Shown: one piece after another, positions 55,146 through 64,000 of the stretch
How the letters are laid out: every line of letters begins with the position of its first letter
How positions within the stretch are numbered: position 1 is the stretch's first letter
Assembly (NCBI GenBank): GCA_951406725.2
Contig: OX597826.1
Location: 18,972,001 to 19,036,000, forward strand
Length of the DNA: 64,000 nt
Source of the DNA: Octopus vulgaris
Lineage: Eukaryota
Direction: 5' to 3'
Notes under the pieces: generated by a model
What the model was told of the DNA's origin: nothing
Database searches by the model: none
Seen by the model: the letters and a program-made list of their open reading frames with translations, nothing else
Made by a program: the position numbers and the translations under genes

Positions 55146-55209
55146 GCTGTGCTCTAAATGGAGGTGTAGTCAAATCCTATTTTATGGACTCAACAACATT
55201 CTAAAAAAG

Positions 55210-55615
55210 CATACATATATATATACATGCATACATATATATATGTATATATACATGCATATATATATATATATATACATTCATACATATATATATACAC
55301 ATGCATACATATATATATACACATGCATACATATATATATACATTCATACAAATATATACACATTCATACATATATATACATGCATACATATATATATAC
55401 ATTCATACAAATATATACACATTCATACATATATATACACATGCATACATATATATACATACATACATACATATACATACATACATACATATACATGCAT
55501 ACATACATATACATGCATACATACATATACATGCATACATACATATACATGCATACATACATATACATACATACATACATATACATGCATACATACATAT
55601 ATATATACATACATA
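55210..55615. repeat. Compound TACA/TGCA microsatellite
   Basis: Direct inspection; includes an 18-bp unit catatacatgcatacata. Confidence 0.9.
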
Positions 55616-56120
55616 TCTCTTATTATAAAAGGCAGATTTTATCTGCCTCCCTTTGGGAGTTATACAAATCTACAATATAGGATTTCTTCAATTACAATTT
55701 ACCTTGCATTTTTAAGAGTACAATGCATCGCGTCATGCCAGGTCCAGTTTTTAAAATTTAAACTCCAATTAAGCAAAATTTACAGAAAACTCACATTCTG
55801 GTGTGTGTGTCAAATGCTTTTCTTAGTCTGGTTTACAGCACACGCAAATGCACACACACAGTGGGCAACGAATAAAATGAAAGTAATTGACTTACTGTAG
55901 TGAGTGATTCTTTCACTCTGCCTCCCACTTCCTCTTTCAACACATAGACACGCAAATATATAAATAAAATTGTAAGCTAACGTGCGTGTGTGTGTGTGAG
56001 TGGGTGTGTGTGGGTGTGCGCATGTGTGTGTGTGTGAGGGTGCGTGTGTGTGTGTGTGTGCGTGAGTGTGTGACAGGAAAGTTTTTTACGACGAATATAA
56101 CACCTATATCCAAGTAGCAG
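55616..56120 (+). mobile_element. Probable Helitron-like non-autonomous element (3' end unclear)
   Basis: A|TCTCTTATTATAAAAGGCAGA start resembles the 5' ends at 57241 and 57640; no hairpin-CTAG end found. Confidence 0.45.
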
Positions 56121-56123
56121 AAA

Positions 56124-56603
56124 GATAAGACAGTAAGGTGTGATTTGAGGAAGATTTGGCTGCTATTTCTACCATGTCTAGCTGCCATGTAGGGGTCTCC
56201 CTCATAGGCTCATACATACATATATACATAGATAAGACAGTAAGGTGTGATTTGGGGGAAATTTGGCTGCTATTTCTACCAGGTCTAGCTGCGATGTAGG
56301 GGTCTCCCTCATAGGCTCATACATACATATATACATAGATAAGACAGTAAGGTGTGATTTGGGGGAAATTTGGCTGCTATTTCTACCAGGTCTAGCTGCC
56401 ATGTAGGGGTCTCCCTCATAGGCTCATACATACATATATACATAGATAAGACAGTAAGGTGTGATTTGGGGGAAATTTGGCTGCTATTTCTACCAGGTCT
56501 AGCTACCATGTAGAAGTCCCCCTCATTGGCTCATATATATATACATACATAAGACAGTAAGGTGTGATTTGAGGGAGATTTCGCTGCTGTTTCTACCAGG
56601 TCT
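56124..56603. repeat. 107-bp tandem array (four full units plus a partial fifth)
   Basis: GATAAGACAGTAAGGTGTGATTTG starts at 56124, 56231, 56338, 56445 and ~56548. Confidence 0.95.
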
Positions 56604-56669
56604 GTTAGGCCTTCTCATGTAAACTCAAGCTTTCTCATGCCTTGAACATAAGACCAAAGCAGAGAATGT

Positions 56670-56885
56670 ATTCTTTTATTCTTCTGCTTTTTCCAGCCAT
56701 TGGTCTGTGGCCATGCTGGGGCAATGCCTTGAAGAATTGTAGTTTAATGAATCAACTCCAGTTTTATTTTTGTAAGCATTGTACTTATTCTATCTGTTTC
56801 CTTTGTCAAACCACTAGGTGACAGGGATGTAAACAAACCAACATTCGTTGTCAAGCAGTGGTGGAGGACAATCACAAGCACAGAC
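56670..56885 (-). mobile_element. SINE A 3' half, decayed
   Basis: gtggccatgctgggg..gtacttattctatc..gtaaacaaaccaacat. Confidence 0.7.
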
Positions 56886-57240
56886 ACACACACACACATA
56901 CATGCATACACATATACACACATACATACATATATATATGTGTGTATGTATATAATACAGCCTGGAAGGTGTTTGTAAGCCATTTAAGAAACACACAAAA
57001 ACCGTTACATTCACTTCAACATTTAAATTTAATTTGTCAAAATATTTTCGTCGCTTATAAACACCTTCAACGCTGCAACTGTTTTCGTTCCAGCACACGA
57101 TCTCAGATCAAGTCACTTGCTATGCAAGTACATCTCTGTAACTATATATATATTTATACATATATATATATGTATATTGGTAAAAACAGTAAGATAACAA
57201 AAGAAAGAAAGAGACCTCAATATTATGTAAATAGAGGAAA

Positions 57241-57635
57241 TCTTTATATATAAAAGTGAGGTTGTGTGTCTGTCTTCTACGATTTAGATTCCTAACTACT
57301 CCCACATTTTGCGGTGCAGTTTAACCAAAACCGGGTATCTTATAGTCGTGATTCATATCGAGACCGTCTGGGTATTAGCGCGCGTCTACGATGAGTCTAC
57401 GATTTAAAAAAAAATTTACCATCAATTTTTCCCATTTTTAATCCATTTTTGACATATATAAGGGAAGTAACTCTCTAAAATTTATTATTAAATCTCAGAA
57501 CGTAAAAAGCTACAGTAACACCCCTCCCCCTTTGTGGTTAGCCATATTGAGATGGCTATTATACTTTACATCTCTAAAAATGCTTATATAATTATTTCCC
57601 TTACAAACCCGAGCAACGCCGGGCGATACTGCTAG
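57241..57635 (+). mobile_element. Non-autonomous Helitron
   Basis: A|TC start; 3' end AAACCCGAGCAACGCCGGGCGATACTGCTAG|T differs by one base from the 44810 element. Confidence 0.82.
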
Positions 57636-57639
57636 TATA

Positions 57640-57999
57640 TATATATAAAAGGCAAAATGTCTGTGTGCATGTCCTTTATACAAATCCACAGTTTTTCGGT
57701 TAGAGTGCTTTCACTTTCTATGGTCATTCAAAACCGTCCAAGGGTGGTAGTGCACATCTTTACATTTCCCCAGTCACCCTTCAAAGCCATTAAAAAAATC
57801 AATGGAAGTGACTTTTTTTGTGAATTTTCTATCCAAAACCCAATCAAAATGCCCGACACTTGATACGCCAATTGAATGCCAGCTAGCTGTATGTGATTGG
57901 TCGGAGATTTGGACAGTACTCGTGTGTATGTGCGTACACACTCAGCTGTATATGCATGCACTAGCACTATGGCCCGGCAACGTCGGGTCATAGTGCTAG
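57640..57999 (+). mobile_element. Non-autonomous Helitron abutting the previous one
   Basis: 3' palindrome ACTAGCACTATGGCCCGGC-AAC-GTCGGGTCATAGTGCTAG|T; 5' TC is lost in the TA run. Confidence 0.75.
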
Positions 58000-58021
58000 T
58001 ATATATACATATATATATATA

Positions 58022-58207
58022 TAAAAAGCACCACCCGTTCGTGGCCGTTTGCCAGCTCCGTCTGGCACCTGTGCGGGTGGCACGTAAAAAGCACCCACTA
58101 CACTTGCGGAGTGGGCCTGATGCAGCCATCTGGCTTCACAGACCCCAGTTGAACCGTCCAACCCGTGCTAGCATGGAAAACGGACACTAAATGATGATGA
58201 TGATGAC
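58022..58207 (+). mobile_element. RTE 3' tail fragment
   Basis: aaaaagcacc repeats and (GAT)n end. Confidence 0.8.
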
Positions 58208-58294
58208 ATATATATACCATATATATATATATATATATATCATATAAATATATGAAAGAATGGAGTTGAACGACGAATTAACAAAATTCTTTTA

Positions 58295-58377
58295 TTTTCG
58301 ACATATGTTTCGAAGGCTGCATATTCCTAATTACGAAGGAATAAGGAGTATATTATGCCGCTTTCTCATCAGGAAAA
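58295..58377 (-). ncRNA. Type I hammerhead ribozyme with canonical core
   Basis: UUUUC-CUGAUGA-GAAAGCGGCAUA..UAUGCAGCCUUC-GAAA-CAUAUG-UC-GAAAA: 5-bp stem I, G-C-closed stem II with 10 of 12 pairs, palindromic stem III, GUC site (cut between 58300 and 58299). Confidence 0.82.
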
Positions 58378-58512
58378 GCAAGGAACTTTCTCTGATGTGA
58401 ATTTGCTACCCAGGTATCGGTTAACCGAATTATCCATAACAAGATAATTCATTCAACTACTCAAATATATACCATATATACATACATATACACATATACA
58501 CAAATATATATA

Positions 58513-58652
58513 TATACATAAACACAGATATATGCATATGTATACATAAACACAGATATATGCATATGTATACATAAACACAGATATATGCATATGTATA
58601 CATAAACACAGATATATGCATATGTATACATAAACACAGATATATGCATATA
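58513..58652. repeat. 28-bp minisatellite, about five units
   Basis: tatacataaacacagatatatgcatatg repeated. Confidence 0.9.
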
Positions 58653-58682
58653 TATATATATACATATACATATAAATACATA

Positions 58683-58721
<39 letters not shown>

Positions 58722-58811
58722 CTATGTACAAATATTTATATACATATATATATACATATATGTATATATACATATAAATACATATGTACATATATTTATA
58801 TAGACATAAAT

Positions 58812-59856
58812 AGGGTCTCTCTCTCAGAGTGAAAGGCTTATTGTATGATGCATGTGTGCAAACTGCCATCTTTCACGGCAGTGAAACATGGGCTGTGACT
58901 ACAGAGGACATGCGTAGGCTTGATGTGTAATGTCAGAGTACATACACAACAGAGTGTAAGTGCCTTGAGAGAAATGCTGGACATAAGAAGCATTGGATGT
59001 GGCGTGCAAGAGAAACGATTGCATTGGTATGGTCATGTACTAGGGATGGATGAGGGGAGATGTGTGAAGAAGTGCTACTCTGAAACAGTTGAAGGAATCC
59101 AGGTAGAGGTAGACCCAGGAAGACATGGGATGAGGTAGTCAAGCATGACCTTTGAACAGTGCGCCTCACAGAGGCAATGATGAAAGACTGAGATCTTTGG
59201 AGATATGCTGTGAATGCGAAGAGCCGACAAATAACGTGAGTTCATGGGTGTTTCCTGCACCAACCCATCCAAAGTGCCTTGGATTGCAGGACGGCCTGCT
59301 GTGCTTACCTTGTATCATAGGGCGAACTGCTGTGCTTGAGGAGACCTATTGAGTCAAGTACATCATGTAGAGGCCACGGGTTATAGTCTCACTTGTCCTG
59401 CCAGATCTATATAACCCGTGGCCTCTACATGGGATGTAGCCAGTCCACTTATGCATACCTTTCCTGCTTGGGTCACAAAACTCTACGTGTGAAGACTTGT
59501 TGAGGCAAGTGAGAATCGAAATCGATCAACATCAATGGAAATTGCAGCTGTGATACCAGTGCCAGTGATACGTAAGAGAACCATCCGAACGTGGCCGTTG
59601 CCAGCGCCGCCGCAACTGGCCTTGTGCCGGTGGCACGTAAAAAGCACCATCCAATCATGGCTGTTTGCCAGCCTCGTCTGGCACGTAAAAAGCACCCACT
59701 ACACTCACGGAGTGATTGGCATTAGGAAGGGCAAGCAGCCGTAGAAACATTGCCAGATCGGACTGGGCCTGGTGCAGCCTTCTGGCTTCCCAGACTACAA
59801 TTGAACCGTCCAACCCATTCTAGCATGGAAAGCGGACGCTAAACGATGATGATGAT
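58812..59856 (+). mobile_element. RTE-clade LINE 3' end with long 3' UTR
   Basis: [54 protein letters not shown]; ends aacgatgatgatgat. Confidence 0.88.
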
Positions 59857-60505
59857 ATATATATATAGAAATATACATATATATATCTGTAAATGTAATA
59901 TGTGACAATTATTCAGCAGCCAAGATAAAACTCGGAGTTTTATATATATTTGTATATTCATACATATAGATATATATACACACCCACACACTCAATAACA
60001 CTATGAAATGGTCAAAACTGAAATTCTTTTTCCCCAAGATCTTAGACCCCACCCCCTTGGAGTAAGCATGCTGTCCAGCAGAGCAAAAAAAAATTCTTTT
60101 CTTCTTCTTCCCTCACCCTTCCCCTCTTTTTCTTTAGCACTCATTCCAAATACAAAAACACACACACACACACACATGCTCGCTCTCACTTTCTCCTCAT
60201 GCATCACCCTCTTGTACTGTCTTATATTCCTCTCCACCACTACAAACTCAATACCACTATAAAATGGTCAAAACTTTTCACACAGGAACTAGAATGGGAG
60301 AAAGCGCTAATACATGATCTAAGTTATATGATGTATAAAAAATGTAATATACAAATAAATATCTGTAAATATAAACCATCCGATCTTCTGAGTACCTCAT
60401 TTCTTCTAATATATCTATATATATATACACATATACAGATAAATTCCTCTATTTACATAATATTGAGGTCTCATACTTTCTTTTGTTATCTTACTGTTTT
60501 TATCA

Positions 60506-61811
<1,306 letters not shown>

Positions 61812-62652
61812 AGTAGCATTAAAGACCCGTCGCTGCCGGGTCATAGTGCTAGTGCATGTATATATGTGTACATATTACATGTACATCTATATATATACAT
61901 CTACACAAAATACAAAGTTATATCTTGATTTCGCTAGTGATAACAATACTCAAAATATATAACAGACTGGAATTGTTAGCCTGTCTCTTTTAATTTCGAT
62001 CAATTGTATCTTGTCCTCCCTCTTGTATAGAAGTGTGGCTACAATCCAGCCTTCCTCTACTTCTGGGGGGGGGGGACATTTTTAATTTTTATCTGGGACG
62101 TCCTATGTCCCAGATATAAAGGTAAAAATAAAATATTTCCACTTTGCAAGGTTCGATTCGAGTACTACCTTGCATGCTCCGTTGACTCGAACCTTGCTTC
62201 TATTGTGGTGAATTTACCGCCTCTGGTTAGATACTTGATATCTTTCATAGTCGCACCAAGACACTTTTCAATGGTGCTTTCCTCCGGGTGTTCAAATCGT
62301 TTTTTTTTCTCTTCATTGTATACTTTATAGGCAATAGTCTTTTCTTTAATTTTATTTTTTATTTCGTTTGGTAGTGTTATCCTGGATTCACCGGTGATCA
62401 ATCCGAAATAGGCTTGTATTTCTTCCATTTTAATTTTAATGAGTTCGCCGCCTGCAGTGAAATTCATTCTTGGAGTTTCTTCTATCGAAGACATTTTAAC
62501 AAAAATGCTTCTGTGTAAATGGCGAAAATATTGTCAATTTCCCCAAACAGGGACACAATTCAAGTAAGGCATGTGTAAAAGTTGAATGAAATTGGTTGTT
62601 TTAGGGAAACACACAGACAGACGGACACACATTCTCAGTTTTATATATTTAA

Positions 62653-62655
<3 letters not shown>
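61812..62655 (-). mobile_element. Non-autonomous Helitron carrying an internal ORF
   Basis: Minus 5' A|TCTTTAAATATATAAAACTGAG; 3' hairpin ACTAGCACTATGACCCGGCAGCGACGGGTC..GCTAC resembles the 57999 end. Confidence 0.7.
62165..62494 (-). CDS. 109-aa ORF of protein-like composition inside the Helitron; possibly a captured fragment (e.g. LINE ORF1)
   Basis: AAAATG start context; K/E-rich, non-repetitive sequence; family assignment is a guess. Confidence 0.4.
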   Translation of the reverse strand: MSSIEETPRMNFTAGGELIKIKMEEIQAYFGLITGESRITLPNEIKNKIKEKTIAYKVYNEEKKKRFEHPEESTIEKCLGATMKDIKYLTRGGKFTTIEARFESTEHAR

Positions 62656-62690
<35 letters not shown>

Positions 62691-63126
62691 ACATATATAT
62701 ACACGTGTATATACATATATACACGTATATATATGCACGTATATATACATATATACGTATATATACATATATACGTATATATATGCACGTATATATACAT
62801 ATATACGTATATATACACATATATACACATATTTATATATACATACATATATACATATACATATATATACATATACATATATATACATACATATATATAT
62901 ATACATACATATATATATACATATACATATATATATACATATATATACATATACATATATATACATATACATATACATATATATACATATACATATATAA
63001 TATACATATACATATATATACACATATATATACATATATAATATACATATACATATAAATATATATACATATATACATATAAATATATATACATATATAC
63101 ATATAAATATATATATGTATATATAT
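62656..63126. repeat. TA/TACA microsatellite
   Basis: Direct inspection. Confidence 0.95.
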
Positions 63127-63967
63127 ATTTTTTGTTACCATTTTTACCCCTGCGCAAAAAAATCTCAAATTTTATTTTATTTGCTTTTTGCGGGCAGGAA
63201 TGTTTCAATGAAGTCGTGTCTCGCCTTGACCTTCGAAACGCAGAGAAGATGAAACAGAGGCGACTGCAGAAGGGGAATTTTCCTTGTGTTGTATGTCCTG
63301 TACTCTATTTTTTCATTAAGAAAAATGTCCAGTTCTTTGGTTTTGTGTTTATGTTTGCGTTTCTTATTGGTATGTATATATGCATATGTTTTATTTATTA
63401 ATTTGTTATATATACACATACATATATATACATACATATGCTTATATACATATATACACATAGATATGCATATATACATATATACACATACATATGCATA
63501 TATACATATACAAACATACATATGCATATATACATATACACACATACATACATATATATACATATACAAACATACATATGCATATATACATATACACATA
63601 CATACATATTTCTTCAGAATTTGTTTCTATATATTTTCCATTGCATGTATTTTATTCTTTACTGTGTGAGGTTCAATTCTGAGCTAGAGATCCAGTTTTA
63701 TCCTCTTAGTCTCTTCTTCAGAATCTCTTTTTTCGTCTATTTGTCATTGTGCGTATATCACTTTTCCCTGAGTGGTGTTCAAATCCCCAAAATATATACA
63801 TATATACATACACATACATACATATACTTACATACATATACATACACATACATGTACATATACACACACAGAGATTTACATATACATACATCTTTTAATG
63901 AAACTTTTCTTGAAAAAAAAAAGAAAATGAACAGGGAGGCATACTGTATATATATATGTATGTATGT

Positions 63968-64000
63968 GCAGGAGTGGTTGTGTGGTAAGTAACTTGCTTA
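63968..64000 (+). mobile_element. SINE A head running off the window end
   Basis: GCAGGAGTGGTTGTGTGGTAAGTAACTTGC. Confidence 0.8.

Noticed and set aside
63200-63250. Possible hammerhead near CCTTCGAAACGCAG
   Set aside because: No CUGANGA core or cleavage triplet with stem I.

Overview
AT-rich eukaryotic DNA, most likely an octopus/cephalopod genome (inferred from recognisable tRNA-derived SINE families and RTE tails). It is dominated by microsatellites and transposon debris, and no intact protein-coding gene is visible. The left ~33 kb is strongly CpG-depleted, then CpG becomes common at ~33.4 kb. This fits a methylated gene body on the minus strand with a promoter near 34-37 kb, and there are candidate exons at 35031-~35110 and 24591-24701. 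Mobile elements include Tx1/L1, HERO-like, CR1-like, RTE and Penelope-like retroelement remnants, two mariner/Tc1 remnants, a piggyBac family (two deletion derivatives plus MITEs), several non-autonomous Helitrons (one carrying an open 109-aa ORF) and many SINEs. The most notable signal is a set of short insertions, mostly in (TA)n tracts, that carry type I hammerhead ribozyme motifs and/or fold-back inverted repeats. These include a canonical GUC hammerhead (58295-58377, minus) and a perfect 68-bp palindrome encoding a hammerhead on each strand (47487-47625). All calls were made by eye without alignment or folding software, and boundaries of decayed elements are approximate.
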